Shown here piece by piece: positions 11,801 to 24,143 of a stretch of DNA of 64,000 bases. This stretch comes from Monocercomonoides exilis PA203 (Eukaryota > Protista > Preaxostyla), in NCBI GenBank assembly GCA_001643675.2, contig LSRY02000029.1:1054001-1118000 (forward strand). Direction: 5' to 3'. The position numbers and the translations under genes are program-made. The notes under the pieces are model-generated. The model saw nothing but the letters and a program-made list of their open reading frames with translations. It was not told where the DNA came from and ran no database searches. How positions within the stretch are numbered: the first letter of the stretch is position 1; each line of letters starts with the position of its first letter.

Positions 11801-14800
11801 TGTAACGATCTTCCAGTTGCCTACCTTCTGATATAATCCTCTGCTGGTCAGGAGGAATCCTTTCTTTGCGAAAGATCATATTCCTTAATTCCTCAACAGT
11901 TGTATTTCGTCTTACAAAAAAGGAAAGGCGCTTTCCTGTAAGCATTTTCACAAAAATCAACATCTGGCCCAAATCCTCTCCTTCATTGAATGCTCGCGCA
12001 GACGCTTCCTTCACTCTGCTCTTTCTGCTTGTATCATTCTTTCCTTCTTCGTTCTCCGCTTCAATCAACTCCCCAACATCCAACCCAGACTTAAGCGCCA
12101 TTTTAAATAATCTTTCTTCCGCTTCTTTGCCTCTCTGTTCTGCTTTAAGCTTTCCTTCTACTTTCTCCACCAGCGCAACACATCTGGCCACACTCCTCTT
12201 CAGCAGTTCGTCTCCTCTTCCGGCTTTCTTCTCTGCCTGCCCCAACGCAACCAATCTTGCCAGAACAAACACCTGCTCCACTGCGTTCAACTGCGCAAAC
12301 AGAGCCGGCTCTGCATACTCCTCAAACAGTTCCACATCGTCCGTAGCAAGAAGATAGTGATCAATCACCGTCTTCTCCTTTTTACTTGCTAAAGCCGGAC
12401 GTATCGCCTGCTCAAAGAATTTTGGTGCCTTTTTGTACAGCAGCAAATTTGTCTCATGGCATGCAAATTCACTGTATCGGTCGCAAAGCTCTCTGTATTT
12501 CTTCTTTTTCTCTTTCTCGTCTTCGTCTTTTCCTTCATCAACCAGTTTGTATAGTTCCTCAAATGCATCGCACCACGCATCAAATGTTCCGACTGAGGCT
12601 TCATTCCCCAAGTCTGCTTTCATCGAACACTTCAGCAGATGGAGAATTCCACCAAAGCAACTGTACGTTTCATATGTTGATGTTGACAGATCATCAATCG
12701 TGCGCGACGCAACACACTTGGAAAGATACGCTTTTTTCAATGAGAAACTTCCATTCGAATTTCTGCTTGCACATGTACAACCAGATGAATCAGAAGAAGA
12801 GCTTGCTGCTACTTTTTCCTCGTTCTCCTTTTCATTGCAAGCTTCGCAACAGCTGTCATTCAACACTTTCTTTGGTAGAATCAGCGCTGAGCGCATCTTC
12901 TGAAGAACATGCTTCTTCGGGTCAAATGCGTTCATCAGTCGCATTTCTCTCAGCCGGCCTTCTTCTCCTTCTCCTTCTTCTCCTTCCGCTTTCTTTCTTC
13001 CTCTGCACAAACTCAGATCTACCGCCAATACACGTGCCACTATACGGTCATCGTCTGTTGCCAACACAGTCAGAGTGCTCTGTCCTTTCTGCCCTATAAC
13101 CTGAGTAGGAATCACTACACGCCGAGTTTCCCCAACTCCCACAGGCTTGTTAAGAATCACTGTCGTAGTATCAGTAAGGAAGTCGATGTTTTTCCGATCA
13201 ACTTGACATTCTCTCCAATTCTCAGTTCTTGTTTCATCGAAGTCTCGTTTTTGACATCTAGTTGCTTCCATTTTTGCCATTAATGGTCCATTTGTTGCAC
13301 CTCCACAAATGGTGTCGCTGCTATATGAAGTTGCTTCCTTTCGAGTGGTTTCTTGTGTGACAACTGGATGCATTAGCACAGACGGTGCATCCAAAGTGTT
13401 GCCCAAACGAGCTGCAGATGATTGTCTTCGCTGAATGTACTCCTGCTCAGTGCCCAGTCGGTTGTCTGATGTGTAGAACGAGCTGACTGCCATTGTTGTT
13501 GTCGCCTCTGCCTGTCTCACAAACCACATTGCATTCAGCTGCGTCTCCGGGTCAAAGACGCCAGCAAAGTGTGTTCCAAATGCATGTATTCGCGTCATTT
13601 CTGTGCAGTTTCTGAGAATAACTTCCACATTTCCTGCTTCTGCTCCTTCTCTAATTTGACGCACCCCTGCAACTGTTACTGCCGCTTCACTTCCTCTTCG
13701 CACTATCCTCCGCGCGCCACACAAAAGCGATGTGTTATCCTGTCTCACCCTACAATCACTTTCTTCTTCTTTCGATTTTTGTGTTCCTCCTTTTTGGCTT
13801 ATTTGATTTTTCTCGTTATTTTCAGCTGTCTTGCGTGGTTCAATCAGAGAAATTGACGTAACCACCCATGTCTCCACCTCAAACAACATATATTCGCCAC
13901 CAGGCAGATCGGCTGGCAGAATCGCTTTCCCTTCCTTCAGCACCATCTTCTCTGTCACATCATGTAAATGCACTCTTGCATCTGGTCCTCCCATTTGTGT
14001 CAGTGTAATCATCCTCTTCTCAATCCTCGTCTTTGCTCTTTCCTTTTCTCTCTCTTCATACCCCTCTTCTTCTCCTTCATCCCAGTCCATCTCCAACGGC
14101 ACCTCCAGCTCTTGCCCTGCATACCCTACAACCCTATCTCTCCTGTTATAAAGATGTATCGGAGTAGGCACAATACCGTGACCTTCCAAGCCAAACAGCT
14201 GACTTGCCTCATTCGTTCCATCACCTGAGTCCATCGTTATCTCAAAAGCACTCACGTCTCGCAAAGAGCCTAATGTAATCTCTCCATTTTCGTCTGTCAT
14301 TAACTGTACCCCTTTCTTGCAGTAATCGGACCAGATGTTAACATACCGAAAGAAGAACTTGAAAGAGACAGCATGATATTTCACTTTCTCTCCACTTTTT
14401 CCAAACACACGCAGTACATAACATGTTTCCCCTTTCTTCACATTCTTCTCTTCTATTCTTCGCACCAGCGCTGCTGCCACAAACCCTCGCGTGCTATCGA
14501 TAGTGTTCACCGTAAATGTCTTCTCTCTCGATACTGGCACGGTACGCCCTAAGTCTGAGTGAACAACAATAACCCCGTTCACCTGCACATGCACCTTCGC
14601 AACATTCTCAGGAACGGTATATTCTACACACGTCAACTCTCCATCAACAAACTGCAGACCTGCATACTGCCGTGTCACATCAATTCCCTCCACAGTTGTT
14701 GATGTCACCTTCACTGATACGCCACGCACCATTCCAACTGATGCAGGCTCATAACAACAAAACAGCTGAGGGCGTAAGAGGATGTGCGCGTTGGCATGAC

Positions 14801-16808
14801 GGATTAGCTCCTCGCGATCAATGTAGATTCCACATCCAAACGTGTACATCTCCGATTTATGCTCAAATCCATCAACCAACACACAGAACTCGTCCGCCAA
14901 GTCTTCCACAATCGCCTGCTTTATCCCTGCACCACTGCCAGTTGCATAAGGTACCAATATCTCGCATGGCTCCAAACCCGGATGCTTCTTTGGAGTAGTG
15001 CTTGCGCTATGTTTCTTTCCATCCACCCACACCGCCACTCGACTTCGTGGCAAAGGCATGTTCAGTTCGTCCAGCACAGTCACTGCCTGCCCGTCTGCGA
15101 TGCACCGCGACATCATTCTTAAGCTCCCCTTTCGAATCAAAGCACGGCTCGTCAATCCGCCTCCAGACAGAACAACCACAAACACTCCTCTCTTTTGCAC
15201 CCGCTCTCCTTCTCCCCGCTCAACTTCGTCCTCGTCTTCTTCTTCTTCTTCCACTTTCTCTCCTTTTTTGTCCAACACAAGTGAAGGAAGCTCTATTCGC
15301 TCTGTATGACGGATCACTGGTGCATATGCTGAAAAATCAAGAAATCGTTCGTAGTTCGCCACCAATCCGTCAAGTTCCATTCCTGCATCCACTTCTCGAT
15401 GCATCAGCGAATAGTATGCCTGCGTATTCACCTCAAACACTTGCAAACGCATCTCCTGCACATTCTTCACTACAACATTTACTGACGGAACCTCTTCGGC
15501 TTCGCTTCCAAAGCCAAAGTATGTCTGGTTGTCGTCTGCAAACGTGAGCTCTGATTTTTCCGTCAGCTGGCGAACAAAATACTCGTCGGCGTCCTTCCTT
15601 CCCACTTTACTCACATCCATTTTCCCGTTCGTTAGCTTTGCCTCCGTTACTAATCTTCGCAATTCCGTTTCTATAATGTACGTCTGGAATTTCCGCTCAT
15701 CTACGCCATTAGCGATGAAATGAATCACCTGCTTCCGAATCAGTTCTGTGCTCCCATTTCGCTCCATCCATTGTAATTCAGCTCTTGGCACTCCAATTTT
15801 CTCTAGCCAATGCATATCGACTCGACATACATTTCTATATCTGTTGCTCATATTACTCCACGTTTTACAAATACCAACATCCCGTCTCGGACACTTCAGA
15901 AGGCTCAAAAACCTCTCCAAATTTGACTCCCCTCTCAGCAAATCATGAACCACGCATGCTTCCATCAGCGAAGCCCTCATCCAAAATGCAGCTTCGTTCA
16001 ATTGGCATGCAATGTTCCATATCCTCTCAAAATATTTATCTTGAGCAGTTTTATCTGTTTCCCATACTACATCTACTCCTGGTACCATTCGAATCAGCAT
16101 CATCTCCACCCAATGTTGGTTTTTGCGTAATTCTGCCTTTTCTTCTCCCAATTTCTCCAATTGTTCAATAGTTAAATCAACCGACAAATCAGACAGGTGC
16201 GTGTTTGGCTTTGAAAGATATAGCTTTATCAGATCCAAAAGCCCAGGATATGAGCACGAACGCACATTATTGATGAACTGCTGTAGATCATGCTTCTCAA
16301 GCTTTTTGGCATCAACTTTTAGCATTCCCTCCGGCGTAAGTTCGTTGAGGATCCGCCGTTGTGTTGCCGCTTCCTTTAGCACATTTCCAAAGTCAACTTC
16401 GTCCTCATTAAGTACAGTTGGCAACGCAACCTCATCTCTAGGTTCATCTCGTGCTCCTATATGTCGTTGAGCATCTGTAAAATCCCTATGTAATATATCA
16501 TCCCGGAGATGCTCCAATACTTCTTTTTGAGAGGCTTTATCCATCTTTCCAAAAGATGTTAAACTTCGCCTCAGTTTCAGTTGTGATACAACAGAACTAT
16601 TTTCCCCTAGTTTTTCAATAAGCTTTTTCAACAAATTTTCTTCTTCTGCAGTGGAATGCTCCGGACTTTTCAATTGTTCCCGCAGAATCGCATAATACAA
16701 ACGCTCATTAGAATTTGCAGGCAAAACTTCAAGAGCTGCATCACGCTCCTTTTCGTCCTTCGCGAATACAAACTTTTCAAGGAATGAAACACTCACGGAT
16801 TCTTCCAT
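8808..16808 (-). CDS. Giant (~2670 aa) intronless protein of an uncharacterised bacterial-like family with an internal ubiquitin domain
   Basis: Uninterrupted 8-kb ORF (first ATG at 16808). N-terminus [18 protein letters not shown] and C-terminus [22 protein letters not shown] resemble, from recall, ~2000-aa hypothetical proteins of Planctomycetes/myxobacteria and some protists. Ubiquitin at 11736-11963. Confidence 0.85.
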   Translation of the reverse strand: MEESVSVSFLEKFVFAKDEKERDAALEVLPANSNERLYYAILREQLKSPEHSTAEEENLLKKLIEKLGENSSVVSQLKLRRSLTSFGKMDKASQKEVLEHLRDDILHRDFTDAQRHIGARDEPRDEVALPTVLNEDEVDFGNVLKEAATQRRILNELTPEGMLKVDAKKLEKHDLQQFINNVRSCSYPGLLDLIKLYLSKPNTHLSDLSVDLTIEQLEKLGEEKAELRKNQHWVEMMLIRMVPGVDVVWETDKTAQDKYFERIWNIACQLNEAAFWMRASLMEACVVHDLLRGESNLERFLSLLKCPRRDVGICKTWSNMSNRYRNVCRVDMHWLEKIGVPRAELQWMERNGSTELIRKQVIHFIANGVDERKFQTYIIETELRRLVTEAKLTNGKMDVSKVGRKDADEYFVRQLTEKSELTFADDNQTYFGFGSEAEEVPSVNVVVKNVQEMRLQVFEVNTQAYYSLMHREVDAGMELDGLVANYERFLDFSAYAPVIRHTERIELPSLVLDKKGEKVEEEEEDEDEVERGEGERVQKRGVFVVVLSGGGLTSRALIRKGSLRMMSRCIADGQAVTVLDELNMPLPRSRVAVWVDGKKHSASTTPKKHPGLEPCEILVPYATGSGAGIKQAIVEDLADEFCVLVDGFEHKSEMYTFGCGIYIDREELIRHANAHILLRPQLFCCYEPASVGMVRGVSVKVTSTTVEGIDVTRQYAGLQFVDGELTCVEYTVPENVAKVHVQVNGVIVVHSDLGRTVPVSREKTFTVNTIDSTRGFVAAALVRRIEEKNVKKGETCYVLRVFGKSGEKVKYHAVSFKFFFRYVNIWSDYCKKGVQLMTDENGEITLGSLRDVSAFEITMDSGDGTNEASQLFGLEGHGIVPTPIHLYNRRDRVVGYAGQELEVPLEMDWDEGEEEGYEEREKERAKTRIEKRMITLTQMGGPDARVHLHDVTEKMVLKEGKAILPADLPGGEYMLFEVETWVVTSISLIEPRKTAENNEKNQISQKGGTQKSKEEESDCRVRQDNTSLLCGARRIVRRGSEAAVTVAGVRQIREGAEAGNVEVILRNCTEMTRIHAFGTHFAGVFDPETQLNAMWFVRQAEATTTMAVSSFYTSDNRLGTEQEYIQRRQSSAARLGNTLDAPSVLMHPVVTQETTRKEATSYSSDTICGGATNGPLMAKMEATRCQKRDFDETRTENWRECQVDRKNIDFLTDTTTVILNKPVGVGETRRVVIPTQVIGQKGQSTLTVLATDDDRIVARVLAVDLSLCRGRKKAEGEEGEGEEGRLREMRLMNAFDPKKHVLQKMRSALILPKKVLNDSCCEACNEKENEEKVAASSSSDSSGCTCASRNSNGSFSLKKAYLSKCVASRTIDDLSTSTYETYSCFGGILHLLKCSMKADLGNEASVGTFDAWCDAFEELYKLVDEGKDEDEKEKKKKYRELCDRYSEFACHETNLLLYKKAPKFFEQAIRPALASKKEKTVIDHYLLATDDVELFEEYAEPALFAQLNAVEQVFVLARLVALGQAEKKAGRGDELLKRSVARCVALVEKVEGKLKAEQRGKEAEERLFKMALKSGLDVGELIEAENEEGKNDTSRKSRVKEASARAFNEGEDLGQMLIFVKMLTGKRLSFFVRRNTTVEELRNMIFRKERIPPDQQRIISEGRQLEDRYTMGHYNIKNKATLDLVLRLRGGGTGPELMLDTSLRREAAPKAPIGVGFGFAPRTLMRSVQSRSMNFAAPACCSAAPSPMPMKMKMAVQNVHYDYDAEEEEIAPVAKFQQVENTKEYRENQYHRVANRDDPLVGWNEFFLDYAKYLFGCMADGIGTDASDCANCVPFVSANILDCANSFTSAAFAAALTDVSLRPVSVEKAIQMSGGRASASISSENTAALLYVKEMEAVEEGKEDSALERESMRTEKQEEKGKGKIVQMKQVLVQEFVCDMAEEWEVNEEGRKTRKYVDWEKLYAGRVYMCDVVLTNTTATQRSVEVLMQVPAGSIPLLRGSMTKTQSVVLGAYGTKTLSYSFYFPRGGAFVHYPAQVAMRGHYMCCSREGGHKVLVAEHATAQPERRDWAYVSQEAEKEVLLEFLEKENLHRADVDLSMIAWRLRDKDVFDAVIAVLMRRGVYNEKVYSYSMKHLGPATAVQRYLCDPFVSKEIEIRLPSFATVLSPIFVKNPVTRGAFRVLEYRPLINPRTFLFGEEKERIPNANLARQYRKYLIYLAHGAAAAYASSSLFESDADIERDEEYNGYSQWMPEMSGSSLLGDGEKLVLTYYLLLQDRLDEARALFDTIGMESASASGSTKQKRENENEMEMKLQYDYMSAYLDMTNPESALPVKKSGKCGEETMEAPRLTVARRVAEKHRNCSIPRWKLMFDHLNEQIKEVDKMFAAEQREKEKEKEKREEEEKEEKGGRKKDILVENEAERESKRQRQLVESKTVEATVEMVIDAKANTITLQQQNGKEKTGKIKFYRVDIESLFSTKPFMKGKDSAKAFSIVKPKQIEFSFEESNSASSSSSSSSSSSSSSSSTHLARSVVVPVPDELQRQNVFVEVEYEGKSRSDALFNCGMDVELFEETGRLVVKEEFTHRPVPGVYVKVYGKQGGESGAFVKDGFTDLRGCFDYASVNKSTNISSYVSGRANYETSRRFSILIMSDSLGSVVKEVDAPAEN
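11736..11963 (-). other. Embedded full-length ubiquitin domain (76 aa)
   Basis: [11 protein letters not shown]...IPPDQQRII...LVLRLRGG, exactly 228 nt. 42/76 identical to canonical ubiquitin by manual ungapped alignment. Confidence 0.97.
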
Positions 16809-16963
16809 GTTTGTTAAAAATTTCAAACATATTTATCAAGGGATAGATCAAAACAGTTTGACAAATTTTAATATGAGAAAACGAAAAATTCAAAAAGGTT
16901 ATAAGGACACACATTGAAAGAGGTGATTATTAATGAAATTTAAGATAATATCACTTGTTTGCT

Positions 16964-16964
<1 letters not shown>

Positions 16965-17016
<52 letters not shown>
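16965..17016 (+). repeat. A52 homopolymer in a divergent intergenic region
   Basis: 52 consecutive A between the start of the giant gene (minus strand) and the COG2-like gene (plus strand). Confidence 0.9.
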
Positions 17017-17020
<4 letters not shown>

Positions 17021-17288
17021 TATTTTATAAAATGTGTTCATCAAATGAACGAAATATTAAACAAAGGATATGTTTCTATTGCAGTTCTGCTTGATTTGTA
17101 TGATTCTGTTTTTGCAAAAAAAATATTTTTCCAAAATCTATTCTGAAAAGCAATGCACAAGTTGAAAGAAAGAACGTGAAAGATTAATTATGGGCTAATT
17201 CATTTGAGTCTTTTTCGATAGAATCTTTATATTAACAATTTTTAAAATTTTGCAAGAATAATTTGATATAAATTGATTTGTTTAATTT

Positions 17289-18521
17289 GTGTTCTACGGA
17301 ATGACTGCGTATTCATCGACGCTTTTAAGAAAGAATATTGATTCATTTATTTTGGCAACCATGGAGTTAGGAAATGTTAAAGAATCTGTAGCTTCCATTA
17401 GATTGTTTACAGACGAATGCAATAAAAGGGTTTCACGTTTGTCTTCCATATCTATGGCAAAACAAGAAGAGTTAGACAAATCATTATTATCGTTGGAAAA
17501 AGTCAGTAAAGAACTCTCAACAAATCAACACACAAATGAAATATATGACCTTTCGCAAGAGTGCGCTGGAATTTTACGAGAAGCCAAATTACTGGCCAAT
17601 AAAAATGGCATGATGTTGCTGTAAATTTTTTCTAAATAAATATTATTCCTTTATCTTTCTTATTTAAAGATACGCACGGTTGGGTTGCATGTTTAGGGAA
17701 AGCAGCGCGTGTTATCGGAACACTAAAAGGACATGTTAGATGGATGAAAAAGGAAAAGATTCTTGGTGATAAACACCTTGAATCAATTTCGGTGAGCACT
17801 CAAGCCCTTAATCAAAACTTAACTCAACATCTTGATGCAGCTTTTGTCACAGTTTGTGTGTTAAGCGTAACGCAAGCAGAAAAAGCAAAACAATCTTCAT
17901 TTTTGGCTAAATCAGATCAATCCTTAACTCAACTGTCAAATTTCGAAACCATGGATCAATCATTTGATTGCACTTCTTCGCAGCTTCATCGTTCAATGGC
18001 ATTGCTTTTGCGAGCATTTTTTGACGCTAATTCAATCCGGAGATGCCCTTCGTTGTTTGCAGACAATGTTGTCAAACCGCTACTAATCCGCTGCACTCAG
18101 CGTTGTTGGTCATCTTTTTCGTCTGCACATCCGATGTTGCATCTTCCATCTTCACAGTCAGCCCAATCAACTTCATCATCTTCTTCTTCTGAACAGCCTC
18201 CGGCGTCTGACGGGCGGTCCTCCCCTTCCTCCTCTCTGCCTTCGCCTTCTTCATCGCCGTCTCAATCATCCTCGTCCTCTTCTGGCTCATCATCTGCAAG
18301 ATCGCCACCCACTCTCTCCTCTCTCTCTCCGCACGAAGTGCTCACCCTCTTCACACACCTCCTCAGCAACATCCGGCACACGCTGCTACCAATCATCGTC
18401 TCCATCTCCCGCTCCTGCCACAAAAATAGCAAAAACAATCTTCTTTCTGCCTCTTCCCGTGCCAAGCCTTTTAACTCCGAAGAGTTTCAGAACTGTTCTG
18501 CTGCTTCTGATCAAATAGCAC

Positions 18522-18553
<32 letters not shown>

Positions 18554-21500
18554 CCTCCTCCTCCTCCTGTGCAATCTGCAAATTTGCAGTCAATAAAGTC
18601 GCACCACGAATTCCCCTCGTTTATTCGCAAACTGCCAAGACACAAGCCTTTGTTCCACTTTGACACAACTTACAATGCTACAAGTGATAATTCTTCTTCC
18701 TCTTCTTCCTCATCATCGTCTTCCTCTTCTCCATCTGAAGATGCAGTCTATCTGTTCTTGCCATCTGATTACACAGCCCTTTTTTTATCTGCTTTGGTCA
18801 ACATGACAATCAGCCATCTTCTTTCGATCTTTTCGACTCCTTCTCTTTCTTCTCTCTCTTTGAAACAGCCTTCTCTTTCGCCTATGCCAGCAGCAGGCAC
18901 ACAACCCTCTTCGCAAACGCTGCAATCTTCTTCTTTGCCTTCTTCTTCTACTTCTTCTCCTTCTCCTTCTTCCATTCCTCCTTCCTCTTCTTCCTCCTCC
19001 TCTTCTTCTTCATTTCATCTGCAATCCTCCGCCCTCTCCCCTCTCTCACAGTCATATGCCATCTCTTCTGTTGTGTCATGCAATTCTCATTCAACAGCCT
19101 CTCCTTCGTCTTTGCCCCAGTCATTCACTGCTCTTATTCCTGAGAAGCGCATCCGGCTGATCAAAATGATCAACCTCTTCATCAACACCCTCCTCGACGA
19201 CATTTCAGAGAGATTCCCTTCGTTCTCTTATTCTGATACAGAAAGCGATATCAATTCTTCTTCTTCCTCCTCCTCCTCCTCCTCTTCTTCTTCTTCTCCT
19301 TTGTCACTGAAGCGTTGGTGGTATCATCATGACTCCCTCTTATCTTTTCAGTCTCTTCAGCCGTCTTCATTCTCTGCTCAAAATGCTTCTTCTTCTTCTT
19401 CTTCTTCTGATGCTGCTGATGCAAAGAAAAGCGAAGCAGAAACACGAAATGAACAACCTGATGATCCAGATCTCTTCTTCATTCCGCCTCTTCGCAGCTC
19501 CCCTCTGTATTCGATATACACATCTTCTGCTCTTTCTTCTTCTTCTTCTAATTCTGATTCAATTTCTTCTTCTTCCTTCTCTTCCTCTTCCTCTTCTTCT
19601 TCCTCTTCCTCTTCTTCTTCTTCTTCTTCTTCCATTATTTCTCCTTCTCCATTGTCTCAGCTTCTTTCTTCGTTCCACACGACTCTTCTGTTTGACTTGG
19701 TGTCTTCTCAAATCAAAAACAGATATTTCTCTTCTCTCAATGAAATCTCTCCCAACCTTTTCTCTCTTCTTCCTCAGCCTTTCCAGTTCAATCCGTTTGA
19801 CTCCTCATTAGTCACTGCTTTTCCATTTTCCTCTTCCTTAATCCAATCATCATCCTCCACTTCCTCTTCTTCTTCTTCTTCCTCTTCCTCTTCCTCTTCC
19901 ACTTCTTTAAAGCCCTCACTCCATCTGAAGAGTGTTCTTTCACAGAGATTTCTGTCTATTGTGCTTGTTCCTCTCTTCAGCACCCAGTTTCTGCTGCCGT
20001 CGGCTGTGCCTGCGCTGATGAGGGTGCTGAGGCAGGTGACAGAGAAAACTGCTGGTGCTGTTTCAGAGGCTGCAGGGAAGATCACGAAGAAGTGGTGTCA
20101 GAAGGGAAGGAGAAGGAGGAGAAGGATGGGGAGGAGAAGAAGAGAGAAAAGAGAGGGAAAAGGGCAAAGAGAGAAGGAAGAAAAGGAAGAGAATGAGGAT
20201 GGGATGAAAGGTAGAAGAGATGGAGATGGAGATAATGATAATGGCATTGTTGATGGAGAGAAGGAAAAGACAAGCAAAGAAGCAGGAAAAGAAGCAGAAG
20301 AAGAAGAAAGGAATGCTCTTCTGAAGGGAGACGATGCATCACATTCTGATTCATTGCAAACATCAAATGCAACAAATGCCAAAGGAATCAACAAAGGAAC
20401 AAAAGATGAAGATATTGAAGACAATGAAGAAAAGGATGTGGAAGAAGAAGAAGAAGAGGAGGAGGAAGATGATGGTGATGAGTCAGCCAAAGTGGAAGAG
20501 AAGAAAGAGCTAGTGAGTGCAGTGCTTGACTGCTACTTTGACTTCATCCAGCTGCATTACTTGATTGTCAGGCATTATCTTCCATTGCTGATGAGAGTGT
20601 CACTTGCTGCTGAAGACGATCCAATCGGCCAAATGAACAGAGCATTGGCATTGAAATCTTCATCATCAATATCTTCTTCTTCTTCTTCTTCTGGTTTATC
20701 TTCCAACAAGACAACTTCACAGTCACTTCACAACACTCCTCCTTCTCTTCCTTTGCCTCTTCTGCTGTTTCAAGTGTTCTTCTGCTTTGTGTCTTCTACA
20801 TATTCCTTCCTTTTCTCTTGTCTTAGCTCTCTTCTTTCCTCTCTCCTTGCCAGCATCTCTCTCTCCCCCACCGTCAAACAGCACATCCGCCACCTCCCCT
20901 TCTCCACCCGCTCTTCTGGCTCTTCTCTTATCACACAGCATTCATTTTCTGATAGAACATCTGCAGATCAGCAGTCTTTCCAGTCATCTTTGTTCCCCTT
21001 TGACAATTTGAGTGAAAGTGACAGCGCTTTCCCGATGAATTCGCCCTTTGGCTCTTCTTTCTCGTCGGCTGACTCACATTTTGCGCGCTCTCCTTTCTCT
21101 GCCTCTCCCTTTGAGCCTCCTTCTCCCTTAGAACCATCTGACTCTGCAAATAGCTCAGACATTCTGTCAGAAACTGCAACAAATGCATCGTCTTTCTCAT
21201 CTTCCCAATCATCATCATCATCATTTTCTTCTTCTTCTTCATTTTCTCTCCCGCAGCCTTCTTCTTTTCTGGTCAACATTTTTTCTCCTCTCCATTCGTT
21301 CATCTCTGCAGCAACATCTGAGCTCACACAAACAGCCAGCCGTCTGTCACACATGAATGAAGTGACATCGGCTGTGTGGAAGGCAGAAAACAGCTTTGTC
21401 GACAGAATTGCGCAGAACACAGCAGCAACTGCTTCTTCTTTTTCACTTTCTTCTTCTTCTTCTCTTTCTGCTTCAGACAATACAACATTGCACTCTCCAT

Positions 21501-22066
21501 TCAGAGTATCTTCGATATCTTCAGTGTCTTCTTCTTCTTCTTCTTCTTCTGTTGGCAGTGTGAATGCATCAGCTGTGCTTCCGTCGTGTCTGTCTCGTAT
21601 GAGCAGACAGGATGTGCAGATGGCATTCTCTTCGTCTTCGTTTGCGCTGAGGCATTTGGCAGTGGCGATTGTTGATTCGATCTCGTCTGTCACATTCTAT
21701 TTCACTCGGCAGAGCAACAAACAGCTCTCTCTTTACACCGCAGGCGCATTAAATTCATCATCATCATCATCTTCTTCTTCTTCTTCTTCTGTTTCTGTTT
21801 CTGTTTCTGCTCAGTCAAATTCATCTGTTTTGAATTCGTCTTCTCCTCTTCTTCCACTCTCTCGCATCTGGCTGGCCAACACACAGCTGCTGTTCAATGA
21901 AATCCCGTTCATTCTGTCATTCAACCAGGACATCTCACAAGAGATAGACAGGCAGCTGAAAGAAGAGTGTGATAACGCTGACGACAAGGCAGATTCAGAT
22001 GCTTTTTATTCTGTTTATACACCGCATCTGCTCAGATTGCGGACTAAACTGGAAGGAACTTTGTGA
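17289..22066 (+). CDS. COG2-like (conserved oligomeric Golgi complex subunit 2) protein inflated by poly-Ser tracts; multi-exon, ends uncertain (may start ~17045 and extend to ~22438)
   Basis: N-terminal coiled-coil exon. Segments FHTTLLFDLVSSQI, PLFSTQFLLPSAVPALMRVLRQV, ELVSAVLD and PSSFLVNIFSPL occur in the order of recalled COG2 motifs. Many (TCT)n tracts. Confidence 0.45.
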
Positions 22067-22801
22067 TTTTTATGTTATTCACAAAGGATGGATTTATCAG
22101 AATTTTTGGAAATATTTTCTATTTTTTTTTTTGTGATTCACTTCTTATTTTTGTTTTTATTTTTAAAATGCTTTCTTTTTATAAGATTTTAGCTTTGAAG
22201 GGAATTTGTTAATGCATTTGGACTATCCCAATTATCATATGACATTTTTATGAAAATGAGATTGTTCATGATGATTCCGGCAAACGTTTCTGAAAACATA
22301 AAATGATGTTCGCCAAATAAAAAGTGTCTCAGAAATTCAATAAACAAATATTCTTTTAATCCTTTACAGATTTCAGATGTTGATCGTAACAAAATTCAAG
22401 AGGAAGAGAAAATGGACAGAAATAGCAAACTGCTGTAAAATAGATATTTATTCTAAGTGAAATATTCAAAAATCATTTGAAGATGTTCTTTCTAAAAAAA
22501 GCTTCTCAAAAAAAGAAATAGAAAGAATTGTTGATGGAATAATAAAAATAAAAGAAATTGTAATGATTGGATTACCCCCAAATTAAGACATCCTCAAATT
22601 TCGAAATTGACCGAACAATTAAAAATAAAAATAACATAATTATTTATTATTAAAAAAACCCAATTATGAAACAGGAAATATCCATATTTCCAAAGAACAT
22701 AACGTGCATCATTGAATAAAATATAAGCAAAATGTTGCTTTCTTCATTCCATTTTCCAATCAAGTAGCAACAAGCGTATTTGCGTTGCATTTTCTTGTCA
22801 G

Positions 22802-24143
22802 CTACTTTTGTGCCGGGAGAGAAGGAGGCGGATGAGATGGAATGCTCGGATAATCATGGATGTGGGCTGAGCTTTCAGAAGGGTCTTTGACGAAGGGGCC
22901 AGAAGAAGGATATTGCGGGAAGGAGGACTGCGAAGCAGACGAACTGGAACTTGGCTGTGCGGACGAGTGGTCAACAGAAGTTTGGTAAATAGGGTAAGAA
23001 AAGGAAGAGGAAGAAGAGGAAGAGGAAGAAGAGGAAGAAGAGGAAGGATGGTTCATGTTTGGATATTCATGAACTGTTGGCTCTGCAGACGTCTTGCCCA
23101 GCAAATTGGCCTCGCTTTCTGCCTGGATCAGCGCCTCTTCTGCAGTCAGATGGTCGAGCGTGCCTTTCACCTCAGGCTCCAACGTCGCCATGTCAGAGTA
23201 TGATGTGGCATGCATGTTGTACTTAGCAAATTGGCGTCATACCCAGAATCAAGGGTTTTTTTAAAGATATTACAAATAAATTCAAATTAAAGAGGTTTAT
23301 GAATTAAATTTCTATACCATTTCTTCAAATATAAGCGAAACGTGCTTCAGGATATCGTGGTTCTTTTTCGCCTCAACGAAATTCACAGCTGCTAGAAGCT
23401 GTGCTCGATCAGCTTGGTATTTTTCATCCAATCTCCGAAACTCAGCTGCTGCCTTTTCGGTCTTAAATTGGCCATCTTTTCCTCTATCTCTCATTGCTGA
23501 ATCTCTTGAAGTTCGCAACGATGATAAAGCATTCTTCTTTAACTACAAAATAACATGCTTGTAAGCAATTCTACAACAAATGTTAATGAGCAAACCCTTG
23601 TTTGCGTTATTTCCTTTTCATAAAAGCTTGTCTCTGGGACAACTGCCACGCTCGCCACTGTCCTCCTGTTAAACAACTTTGAAAATCCAGAATTAAAAAT
23701 AATAATCTTTTCAAACATAAACTCGCGCATATATTCTTCGTAGGCTTTCATTGCTTCAGCTATAAAATGGATGAGAATTTTCGAAATAATTAATCATGTT
23801 TTGATTGTTCAAACCAAATTTTACAACACGTGGATCAAGAGAAGGGCTTTTTCCTGCAAATTCTAAAAGAAAATTAAGCTAAATCAAATAACTTCACAAA
23901 ACGCAATTTGTTTTAAACAAAATAATATCACACATATGCCATTCTAGCGTCACTTGCGATATTTGCTGTATCAATCATCTTTTTTCCTTTCTTTCCTAAT
24001 TCATCAATGCACTTTCTTGTCATCTTAAAATTTTCAATTGTTTTCGTAAATTCTTCTGTTTCTTTAAATTCTTCAGCTTTCCCCATTTTTACGAGCATTT
24101 TCTGCCCCAAATTTGATGCTTTAGTCTTAAATGAATCAAGCAT
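22802..24143 (-). CDS. BAR-domain (amphiphysin/endophilin-like) protein, ~5 exons, Ser/Pro-rich tail
   Basis: N-terminus ASNLGQKMLVKMGKAEEFKETEEFTKTIENFK resembles the BAR H0/helix 1. Helical exons separated by AT-rich introns. Confidence 0.7.

Noticed and set aside
9458-16470. Numerous plus-strand ORFs opposite the giant gene
   Set aside because: Antisense shadows with no recognisable motifs.
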